Assembly (NCBI GenBank): GCA_038231275.1
Contig: JBBRLQ010000004.1
Location: 224,001-288,000, forward strand
Source of the DNA: Polyangiales bacterium
GTDB lineage: Bacteria; Myxococcota_A; Polyangia; Polyangiales; Polyangiaceae
Length of the DNA stretch: 64,000 nucleotides
Direction of reading: 5' to 3'
How positions within the stretch are numbered: the stretch's first letter is position 1; each line of letters begins with the position of its first letter. The position numbers were made by a program, and so were the translations under genes. This document shows positions 29,016-37,391 of this stretch, one piece after another. The notes under the pieces are model-generated. The model saw only the letters and a list, made by a program, of their open reading frames with translations, was not told the DNA's origin and did not search any database.

Positions 29016-31826
29016 TCATGGCGCAGCGCAAAAGTCGCCGCCCGTGGCGCCGGCTGCGGGGATGGGCACCGTCGTCGTGTCCTCGTCGATTGAGAGGAGG
29101 AACGCGATCAGCTTCTGGACGTTCGCCTCGCGCACCTTCGGATCGGTCTCCGAGAGGAAGTTCGGCGCGAGCGGGCCCGCGTGGTGTTGCGCAAAGGTCG
29201 CCGAGAAGAGGCTCTCGAGGGTCGTCGCCTGTCCGGCGTGGAGGTACGGCGCGCCGGTCGAGAGGCCGAGGAGCGACGGCGGGTTGAAGCCCTTGCCGTC
29301 CGCCTCGTTGCCCTGCCCTTGCGTGACCATGTCCTGGCGAAGCTCCGAGATGCCGGCGAGCGCGTCACCGACGCCGAAGGTGCCGACCGGGCGGAGCATG
29401 CACTGGATCTGGTCGAGCCCCCCGTTGGTCGACGGGAAGCGCATGAAGCGGTTCGTCGTCGCCGGCAAGAGCGCTTGCGGGAAGCCGGCGGGCGGCGTCC
29501 ATGCTTTTGCCGAGAGCGCGGCCATCGTCGCGATCGAGGGCGCGTAGAACGCCTTCGAGATGGTCCACTTGTCCCCGCCGTGGCAACCCTGGCACGCGCC
29601 GTCGACGGTGAAGAGATCGTGACCGGCGGCGACGAGGCCCGCGTCCAGGTTCGACGGCTTGCGCGGCGAGCGGATGGACTTCACGTACTCCGTGATGTTC
29701 AGGAAGTCGTCGAGGACGCTAACCTGCGCGAGGCCCGCGGGGTTCGACGGATCGGAGAGCTGCGTGGCCGAGCCGTTGAGGCCCGCGTGGCCGGCCTTCG
29801 CGACGTCGATGCGATCGGTGACCGCCGGCGGCGTGCTGTTGGTCGCGACGATGGCGCCGACGCCGCCCGAGATGCCGCGCGTGTTGGCGTCGAAGTCGGG
29901 GACCTCGTCGAAGATGGCTGTCCAGTTGAGGATGCGCCGATCGGTCGCGTCCTTCGACGAGTACGTGCCGTCGAGGCTCGTCGACTGGCGCGTTCCGCGG
30001 TTGAAGTACCACGTGACGTCGTCGGTGAGGCCGTCGGTGTGGCACGACTGGCACGAGCTCCACGCTTGCCCCTTGAGTGACCAGCGACCGACGCCGGTGT
30101 CGAAGAAGCGCTTGCCCTTGAGGACCTTCTCCTCGCTCGAGCCGCCGGCCGGAAGCGCCGACGCACTCGCCACCGTCGGAGTGGCCGCGCCGCCCGCGAC
30201 CGCCTGCGTGTTGAAGTCGAGGACGGTGAGGTTGCGGCTGACGTCGTTCGCGACGAACGCGAATTTTTTGCCCGACGCGCTGCCGATGGCGACGCCGATC
30301 GGGTTCTTGCCGGCGCTCGAGGCCGCGATGCCGGCGGGCGTGAGATCGAGGAACGCGTTGCCGGGCGACCCGACCTCCGCGATCTGCGAGCTCTTGGTCG
30401 GATCGTATTTGACGCGGAACACGGCGTCGGCGGCGTTGGCGGCGACGTAGGCGACGCCGGTGGCGGGGACGAACGCGATGTCGCTGGGCACTCCTGGGAA
30501 GCGACGGGTGCCGTCATCAGCCGCCGCGCGCGCGGTGTAGAGCGCCGCGAACTGCGCGTTCAAGCTGGCGGTCGAGGTCGAGACCTCCTTGTCTTGCGAG
30601 AGATCGACGACCGAAATCACCGGCGCCGTCGTGGTCTTCACGTTCGCGATGTTCGGCGCGCACACGAAGTTGACGCACTTTCCGCCGTTCGCGCCGCACT
30701 GGGCGTCGGCGCTGCAGTTGGTCGTGCACTTCTTGGCGGCGGCGCAGGAGCCCACGACTTGTCCGGGACAGCTCGTGTCGTCGGTGCAGGTCGCGGCCGC
30801 CGGACCGGTGAACGCGCCGATCGGCCCCTTCGGCGAGGCGCAGATCGAGGTGACGTAGGCGTAGGCGCCGTTGATGGTGACCGACTGGAGCTGGTTCGGG
30901 TAGCAGCCCGCCTTGCCGCCCGTGTGATCGGCGAAGCCGAGATCGGCCACGGGGCCGAGCTGGATCGTCGACACCGATTTATCGGAGACCTTGATCTTGT
31001 AGAGGAGCCCCGCCTTCGCGGTGTCGGCGTTCGCGCCGGCCGGATCCTCGACCGCCGTGCGCTGCGCGAAGTACTCGGTGACGAGGATGCTCTCGTCGGC
31101 GTCGTTGGCGTCGAGGTTGTTCGTGATCGCGACGCTGCGCGGGTGCGCGAGCGCCGGACGCGCCGTGACGGATCCGAGGAGGCCTGTCTTGACGAGCGCG
31201 TCGTTGAGGTCGACCGTCGACGTCACCGTCAAGGTCGCCGTGTCGATCCCCATGACCGTGCCGTCGACCCAGTTCGCGACCCACACCTTCGCGCCGGTCG
31301 GCGTGAGCGCGAGGCCCGTAGGCTCGCTGCCGACCGCGACGCGCCCCGCCTCGGTGGGCGTGCCCTTCAGATCGGAGATCTTCACGAGCTTCTGATCCTT
31401 CCTCAGGATCACGTAGGCGGTCACGCCGTCCGGCGCGACGACGACCTGCCACGGCTCGCTCCCGGCGCCGAGCGACAGCTCCTTCTTCTTGGCGAGCGAC
31501 GGCGGGCTGCCGTCGGCAGGATAAGTGACCGCGAAGACCGTGATCGATCCGACGTCGCGGTTCACCATCACGGCGACCGTGTCGTCGGGCGAGAGGGCGA
31601 CCGCCGAGCCGCGGCTCGGTCCAGGCGCGACGCCGGGCGGGACGACCGGACCTCCCTCGTATCCGCCGTCGCCATCGCCGCCGCCGCCGTCGACCTCCAC
31701 GGCCGCGTCGGGCGAAGGCTTCGGCCCCTCGGGTTGAGACGCGCTGTCACCGCATCCGATCGACTGCGCCAAGAGCAACGCGGCCCACGACGAAGAAGCG
31801 AGCCTGATGCCGAAAGTGCGTTTCAT
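29016..31826 (-). CDS. Large lipoprotein: YncE/YVTN beta-propeller + di-heme cytochrome c peroxidase/MauG-like domain
   Basis: ATG 31826 with GGAGGAG RBS; lipobox SIG-C; GSEP propeller blades; Cys-rich insert; GKRFF...SCQSCH and GHDLF...CQGCH; PSLLGL...APYLHAG. Confidence 0.85.
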   Translation of the reverse strand: MKRTFGIRLASSSWAALLLAQSIGCGDSASQPEGPKPSPDAAVEVDGGGGDGDGGYEGGPVVPPGVAPGPSRGSAVALSPDDTVAVMVNRDVGSITVFAVTYPADGSPPSLAKKKELSLGAGSEPWQVVVAPDGVTAYVILRKDQKLVKISDLKGTPTEAGRVAVGSEPTGLALTPTGAKVWVANWVDGTVMGIDTATLTVTSTVDLNDALVKTGLLGSVTARPALAHPRSVAITNNLDANDADESILVTEYFAQRTAVEDPAGANADTAKAGLLYKIKVSDKSVSTIQLGPVADLGFADHTGGKAGCYPNQLQSVTINGAYAYVTSICASPKGPIGAFTGPAAATCTDDTSCPGQVVGSCAAAKKCTTNCSADAQCGANGGKCVNFVCAPNIANVKTTTAPVISVVDLSQDKEVSTSTASLNAQFAALYTARAAADDGTRRFPGVPSDIAFVPATGVAYVAANAADAVFRVKYDPTKSSQIAEVGSPGNAFLDLTPAGIAASSAGKNPIGVAIGSASGKKFAFVANDVSRNLTVLDFNTQAVAGGAATPTVASASALPAGGSSEEKVLKGKRFFDTGVGRWSLKGQAWSSCQSCHTDGLTDDVTWYFNRGTRQSTSLDGTYSSKDATDRRILNWTAIFDEVPDFDANTRGISGGVGAIVATNSTPPAVTDRIDVAKAGHAGLNGSATQLSDPSNPAGLAQVSVLDDFLNITEYVKSIRSPRKPSNLDAGLVAAGHDLFTVDGACQGCHGGDKWTISKAFYAPSIATMAALSAKAWTPPAGFPQALLPATTNRFMRFPSTNGGLDQIQCMLRPVGTFGVGDALAGISELRQDMVTQGQGNEADGKGFNPPSLLGLSTGAPYLHAGQATTLESLFSATFAQHHAGPLAPNFLSETDPKVREANVQKLIAFLLSIDEDTTTVPIPAAGATGGDFCAAP

Positions 31827-32003
31827 TCGTAGTCTCCTCCATGAAAAGCGAGCGCGGGATACACGACGGCGTCTCGGGAGCCCTCCACCGGGGGCCCCGA
31901 AGCGCGCCATCACTGCCTGCCCCCGGCCGCTCGCGTCGCGGGGGTCGGTATTGACCTTAAGGCGCGGGCGCCCACGCGAAAGTAGATTCTCCCCATGGGT
32001 GGC

Positions 32004-32018
32004 ATAGGCTCCGCCTAT
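32004..32018. promoter_or_regulatory. LysR recognition site (T-N11-A)
   Basis: ATAGGCTCCGCCTAT palindrome between the divergent LysR gene and the cytochrome gene. Confidence 0.65.
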
Positions 32019-32035
32019 CTCCCGGCAGAGACCCC

Positions 32036-32980
32036 ATGGATCTGAACCATCTCCGCTATTTCCAAGCGATCGCGACGTCGGGCAGCCTGACGGCCGCGGC
32101 GAAATCCCTCCACGTGAGCCAGCCGACGTTGACCGTCGCGATGCAGAACCTCGAGGAGCGCCTCGGCACGACACTGCTCCTCCGTGATCGCAGCGGCGTG
32201 CGCCTGACCGCCACCGGCGAAGAGCTGCTCCGCCACGCCGCCGACGTGTTCGCGCTCGTGGAGCGCGCGGAGCAGCAGATCAAGGGGCTCGAGAAGGAGG
32301 ACGTCGGGGACTTCACCATCGGCTGCCACGAGTCGCTCGGCGCCTACTTTCTGCCGCAGTTCATGGCGCCGTTCCTGAAGACCTACCCGCTCATCGCGCT
32401 CTCGCTGTGGAACGGCACGAGCGCGCTGGTCCAGCGCGCGGTCGTCGAGCGCAACGTGCATTTCGGTCTGGTGGTGAACCCGCAGCCGCACCCCGATCTC
32501 GTGATCATCGAGATGTTCCGCGACGCGGTCGATCTCTTCGTGGCGGTCGACGCGCCGCCGCCGTCGGTGTTGATTCCTCTGTCCGAGCGCATCGCGCTCC
32601 TGGAGGAGAACGACGACGAGGAGCTCATGAACGCGAAGCATCGCATCCGGCGCGGGCCGCTCGTGATGGCCGGGCGCCTGTCGCAGTCGCGCGATCTCGT
32701 CGATCGCATCGCTGCCGCAGGGCTCATGCCGACGCGCACGCTGTCGTGCGGCGACCTCGAGCTCGTCAAGAGCCTCGCGCTGGCCGGCGTCGGCGTCGCG
32801 CTCTTGCCGCGGCGTGTGGCGGCGTACGGTCACGAGGGTCGACTCCGCCGTCTTCACCCCTCGTTCCCGAGCTTCCCCGACGTCATCGCGCTCGTCTACC
32901 GAGCAGACATGCACAAGACGAAGGCCGCGATCCGCCTCAAGGACGCCCTCGTCACGTACGGCAAGGCGCTCGACAACTGA
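32036..32980 (+). CDS. LysR-family transcriptional regulator
   Basis: GSLTAAAKSLHVSQPTLT...LEERLGTTLLLR...LTATGE; substrate-binding domain with GVGVALLP. Confidence 0.95.
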   Translation: MDLNHLRYFQAIATSGSLTAAAKSLHVSQPTLTVAMQNLEERLGTTLLLRDRSGVRLTATGEELLRHAADVFALVERAEQQIKGLEKEDVGDFTIGCHESLGAYFLPQFMAPFLKTYPLIALSLWNGTSALVQRAVVERNVHFGLVVNPQPHPDLVIIEMFRDAVDLFVAVDAPPPSVLIPLSERIALLEENDDEELMNAKHRIRRGPLVMAGRLSQSRDLVDRIAAAGLMPTRTLSCGDLELVKSLALAGVGVALLPRRVAAYGHEGRLRRLHPSFPSFPDVIALVYRADMHKTKAAIRLKDALVTYGKALDN

Positions 32981-33007
32981 ATTTTGCGCGCGTCCGACCT
33001 TGAAGCG

Positions 33008-35107
33008 TCAGCGCTTGAAGAGGCCGAACAGCTTCCCGAGCACCCGTCCGAGCTTCGACGTCGGCAGCTGCCACGTGGGCTCCATCTGCGGCCCGTCGTA
33101 CTTGCCGAGCTCCCTCAGGATCTCTTCGACGGGCTTGGTGCGATCGAGCTTCAGCGGCAGCGCGCGTCCGGTGCGGGCGTTTCGCGCCTCGATCGCCATG
33201 ACGCAGTGGTCGTCGAAGCTGATCCGAACCGTGACCCGTCCCTTCTCCCACAGCGACGGATCTTCGACCACGGCCGAGCAGAGGTACTCGTTGCGACTGG
33301 CGTCCGTCGACTCGCCCTGGAAGATGGGGAGGCTCACGCTGCCGAGGATGTCGGCGTCGAGGGTGACGACGCGCTCGGTTGGGATTCGGCTATTTTTCTC
33401 GACGATCGGGACGAAGCGAAGGCCGGTCACGCCGTAGCCGATGCTCATGGGGAGGATGTCGAGGAGCGTCGGGCCCGAACCCGAGCCGATCTCGGCGGCG
33501 AGGAGCGCGGCGCCGAGGGCAACGGCTTCGTCGGGGTTGATGCGCTTGCTCGGCCTTCGTTTGAAGAGATCGGCGACCGCCTTCTGCACGGCAGGGATGC
33601 GCGTCGTTCCGCCGACCAGGAGCACATCGTCCACGTCCGTCTCGGGCGACAGGCCTGCCGACTGCATGACCTCCTTCGCGATCGTCAGCGTGCGCTCGAT
33701 GAGCGGGCGCATGAGCTGCTCGAACTGCTGGCGCGTGATCTCCACCGAGAGCGCGCGCCGCGGCTCGCGCGTGAACTCCGGCAGCTCGACGACGTACTCG
33801 GTCTGCACCGACAGCGCGCGCTTGGCGAGCTCCGCCGCCCCACGAAGCCGCGCGATCTGCTGCGGCTCCGGATCCACGTCGATCCCCGCCTCGCGCTGGA
33901 ACTCCGCCAAGATGTGCGACGCCAGGAGATCGTCGAAATCGGAGCCACCGACGAAGTTGTCGCCGCCGGTCGCGAGCACCTCGAACTCGTCGTCGCCGAG
34001 GTTCACGATCGAAAAATCGAACGTGCCGCCGCCGAAGTCCCACACCGCCACGCGCGTCTTCTTCCCCTTTTGCTTGTGGCCGTAAGCCACGGCGGCCGCG
34101 GTCGGCTCGTTCACGATGCGGTGGACGGTGAGGTTCGCGTCCTTGGCCGCGCGCCGGACCGCCTCGCGCTGCACTTCCGAGAAATACGCGGGGACGGTGA
34201 TGACGGCGGCCTCGACCTTGGTCTTCAGGTACGCCTCGGCGGCGTCGCGGACCTCTTCGAGCACGCGCGCGGCGATCGCGTCCATGCTGATGACCTTGTC
34301 GTCGATGCGGACCCCGAAGCGCTGCCCCTCTGCCTGCGCGAGCGGATACGCGAAGTGCTTCTGAAGCTCGGCGGCGACCTCGTCACGGTATGTGCGGCCG
34401 ACGAGGCGCTTCGATCCATAGACGGTGCGCAGCGGGTAGAGGATCTGGCGATCGGCGGCGCGCTGGCCGACGTGCCATTTGCCGTCGGGATCGAACGTGA
34501 TCATCGACGGAATGGTGTTCGTCCCGGTACGGCCCGGGATGATCTGCGGTCGCCCGTCGACGACGTACGAGGCGCACGTGTTCGTGGTGCCGAGATCGAT
34601 CCCGATGATCAGCTTCGCGGCGGCAACCGCGAGCGGCTCGATCTGAGGCTCTACTTCGTCTTCCTCGGGCGGCGCGTGGACCGAGACCGCGCGCGGCGGG
34701 GCATCTGCACGCGCCTTGGCCTGGAGGTGCTCGCCGGGCATCGGCGGCGGCCCGCCGATCTTGCCCGGCAAAGGCGGCGGCCTCGCCGGATCCGACGCCT
34801 TGAGCGAAGCGACCACGACGGGATCGATCCCGAGCGCGAGGAACGAAATCCCCATTCGCCCGGCGCCGGCGTCGACGCGCATGACTTGCGCGAGACCGGC
34901 GGCGAGCTTCTCTCCTGCGTCGTCGAGCAGATCGAACCGGATCTCGTCACCGACCTTGGCGACCGCTTCGGTCATGACGAGCGCGCCGGTGCTGCTCACG
35001 TCACGAAGGCGGTCGGTTTGCGTGTCCCCCTTGCCGGCCACGTACCATTGGATTCGAACGTACGACGCGAGCCGCGGGTGACTTCGGCGATCGGTGCTTC
35101 GGGACAA
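33008..35107 (-). CDS. PilZ domain-Hsp70 (DnaK-like) fusion
   Basis: PilZ RRSHPR and DVSSTG motifs; Hsp70 GIDLGTTN, TVPAYF, NEPTAAA, DFGGGTFD, VGGTTRIP, NPDEAVALGAA; short divergent C-terminus. Confidence 0.9.
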   Translation of the reverse strand: MSRSTDRRSHPRLASYVRIQWYVAGKGDTQTDRLRDVSSTGALVMTEAVAKVGDEIRFDLLDDAGEKLAAGLAQVMRVDAGAGRMGISFLALGIDPVVVASLKASDPARPPPLPGKIGGPPPMPGEHLQAKARADAPPRAVSVHAPPEEDEVEPQIEPLAVAAAKLIIGIDLGTTNTCASYVVDGRPQIIPGRTGTNTIPSMITFDPDGKWHVGQRAADRQILYPLRTVYGSKRLVGRTYRDEVAAELQKHFAYPLAQAEGQRFGVRIDDKVISMDAIAARVLEEVRDAAEAYLKTKVEAAVITVPAYFSEVQREAVRRAAKDANLTVHRIVNEPTAAAVAYGHKQKGKKTRVAVWDFGGGTFDFSIVNLGDDEFEVLATGGDNFVGGSDFDDLLASHILAEFQREAGIDVDPEPQQIARLRGAAELAKRALSVQTEYVVELPEFTREPRRALSVEITRQQFEQLMRPLIERTLTIAKEVMQSAGLSPETDVDDVLLVGGTTRIPAVQKAVADLFKRRPSKRINPDEAVALGAALLAAEIGSGSGPTLLDILPMSIGYGVTGLRFVPIVEKNSRIPTERVVTLDADILGSVSLPIFQGESTDASRNEYLCSAVVEDPSLWEKGRVTVRISFDDHCVMAIEARNARTGRALPLKLDRTKPVEEILRELGKYDGPQMEPTWQLPTSKLGRVLGKLFGLFKR

Positions 35108-35163
35108 GGAGTTCCTCCGTGCGAGACGGGACGAGAAGCGGCGGTCTCGCCTAAACTATCAGA

Positions 35164-37344
35164 TCAGGGGCGGCCTGGCGCGGCGGTGAAGGCGAAGGTC
35201 GTGTTCGGCGCGAGGGCGGCGCGCAACGTGACGCGACGACCGTGGATCTCCGTCGCGCCGCATGACGCGCACGTGAAGCTCTTGAGCGCGTCGCCGAACT
35301 CGAGCGTGAGATCGGTCACTGCGAACGCGCCGGTCTTGAGCGAGCCCGCGTAGCCGCCCGCTGCCGTGTAGGTCGCGTCGAGCTGCACGCCCTCGCGCGC
35401 GCGCCAGAACGCGCCGAGGTCGCCCATCGTCAGGTTCGTGCGGACGCCGCGCTTGGTGGTCGCCTCGAGGAATTTGTCGGCGACGTGGAGCTTGTTCTTC
35501 AGGTTGTCGGGCCCGACGCCGCGCCCATAGGACGGGTGGAGCAGCGCGGTGGTGAACGCAAAATTGTCGGCGTTGCGGAGCACAGCGTACGACCACAGCG
35601 AGATGAACTTCGCGGCGTTGTTGGCCTGCATCTCGACGCGTGTGTCCACCCCCTCCACGACGGTGCCGAGCCCGTCCTCGATCGCGATGGGGAATGTGTA
35701 GAGTGCACGTTGATGGAACGTGTCGCGGCTGAGGCCGGTGCGCGCGAGGGAGATCGGTAGGTTGAATTTGTAGTCGCCGACGGCGAAGCTCGAGTCCGCG
35801 ACAAAGCCCTCCGACTCGAGCACGTCGTAGAGCGACGGGTGGACGTAGAGGTAGGGGCTCCGCCACGCGATCGGCTTCGCGCCAGTCTCCTTCTCGATGA
35901 GCTCGCTCGAGACGCGAATTTCGCCGCACAGGCTCGTCGCGCGCTCCGGCACGTACGTGGCGTAGGTCTCCTGGCAGGTGCCCTGCGGCTGCTTGCTGAA
36001 CGTGTCGGCGTGACGGACCGAGTGCGCGCCGAGCGGGCACATCCCCAGGTCGCAGAGGGAGTGGAGCGTGTCGGGCGTGTAGTAGCCGGATACATAGTCC
36101 GTGGTGATCAGGAACGTGCCGCGCGCGCCGTGAGCGCGCTCGAGCTCGGCGACCTGTTGCGCGCCAGGCTCTCCCCACGTGCCGTTTTTTTGGGCGTCGG
36201 GGGCGTCGACGTCGTGCGTGAGCAGCATCACCGAGTCGTCGGGACCGGGCGCGGGGTGCTTGAGGACGAGGTGACCTCGGGCCCCTTCGCGCATCGCCTC
36301 GCGCAAGAAGAGCCCGATGAGATCGCCGGAGGGCTCGAAGCAGTTCACGTAGCAGCGGTAGTGGCCGAAGGTGTGGAGATCGTGGCCGAGCGCGTAGACG
36401 GCCCCCTGCCCCACCTGCCGCCGCGTGACCATGGCGCCGGCGGGGGCGCCCCTTACGATCGCGTGGGCGACGACGGTGGTGCTGGCGCTCGACGGCTCCA
36501 TCACGTAGCCCTCAACCGGGTTCTTCGCCTGATCGTTCGAGAGGGGGACGCTGCGCTCTTCGGGGCTGTCGAAGGCGCGGGCAGCGACGGCGAGCGCTCC
36601 GTCGAACGCCAGCGCGTCGATGTCGAGCCGCCGTTCGCTGCGCGTGATCCCCGCGATGGCGAGGAGGTTCGTGCCGGCGTCGACGACGGGCTTGGTCAGG
36701 ACCACGACGCCGCCGCCGGTCGCGAACGCCTCGAGCGCGCTCCGCTGGGCGTCGTCGATCACGCTACCGAGGAGGTACCCGGGGACGACGACGAGCGCGT
36801 ACGAGGAGAGGCCCGCGAACGCGCCGCTCCAATCGGTGCGCGGCGCTGGGCGATCGTAGGGGACGCCCCACTGCTCGAGGACCGACGCGATGGTGTCGAC
36901 CTCCTCCGGCCCATCGTCCCAGATGTAGTTCGGCACGAGGAGAAGCGCGCGCGGGTGCGTGTCGACCGCCGCGACATCGTCGATGGCGCCGTTGCAGTCG
37001 TTGTCGACGCCGTCCAAGACCTCGGGAGCCGGGCCCGGCGCCATGCACACACGCGCGCCTCCCTGGCATGCGGCGTGCGCGGATCCGCACGCAGGCGCGG
37101 CGCCCACGCACGCGTTCGCGTCGACAGGCATGAGGACGTCGACGAGGCCGTCGCAGTCGTTGTCGATGCCGTCGCATCGCGTCTCGACGTCTTCTCGATC
37201 GGGAGAGTCGGCCGCGAGCGCGCACGGCGCGGCGGGAGGCGTCGTCGCCGGCGTCGCTCCGGCGCCCGGGTTGACGGTGCACGACGCCGAGACCGCGACC
37301 ACGCCGAGGAGCGCCGCTGCGCGACCACGCGACAGGAGGGCCAT
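35164..37344 (-). CDS. Lipoprotein polysaccharide deacetylase (NodB/CE4-like) with CDGxDNDCxG motifs
   Basis: Start re-assigned to 37344; lipobox SAS-C; CDGIDNDCDG and DGVDNDCNG; glutamine-amidotransferase-like middle domain; THDVD, HSVRH, RSPY, DSS, LLHP motifs. Confidence 0.8.
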   Translation of the reverse strand: MALLSRGRAAALLGVVAVSASCTVNPGAGATPATTPPAAPCALAADSPDREDVETRCDGIDNDCDGLVDVLMPVDANACVGAAPACGSAHAACQGGARVCMAPGPAPEVLDGVDNDCNGAIDDVAAVDTHPRALLLVPNYIWDDGPEEVDTIASVLEQWGVPYDRPAPRTDWSGAFAGLSSYALVVVPGYLLGSVIDDAQRSALEAFATGGGVVVLTKPVVDAGTNLLAIAGITRSERRLDIDALAFDGALAVAARAFDSPEERSVPLSNDQAKNPVEGYVMEPSSASTTVVAHAIVRGAPAGAMVTRRQVGQGAVYALGHDLHTFGHYRCYVNCFEPSGDLIGLFLREAMREGARGHLVLKHPAPGPDDSVMLLTHDVDAPDAQKNGTWGEPGAQQVAELERAHGARGTFLITTDYVSGYYTPDTLHSLCDLGMCPLGAHSVRHADTFSKQPQGTCQETYATYVPERATSLCGEIRVSSELIEKETGAKPIAWRSPYLYVHPSLYDVLESEGFVADSSFAVGDYKFNLPISLARTGLSRDTFHQRALYTFPIAIEDGLGTVVEGVDTRVEMQANNAAKFISLWSYAVLRNADNFAFTTALLHPSYGRGVGPDNLKNKLHVADKFLEATTKRGVRTNLTMGDLGAFWRAREGVQLDATYTAAGGYAGSLKTGAFAVTDLTLEFGDALKSFTCASCGATEIHGRRVTLRAALAPNTTFAFTAAPGRP

Positions 37345-37391
37345 TGGAACACGATAGCAGGCGCCCCGCGCGCGTGGTGTAGCGTAGCGGA

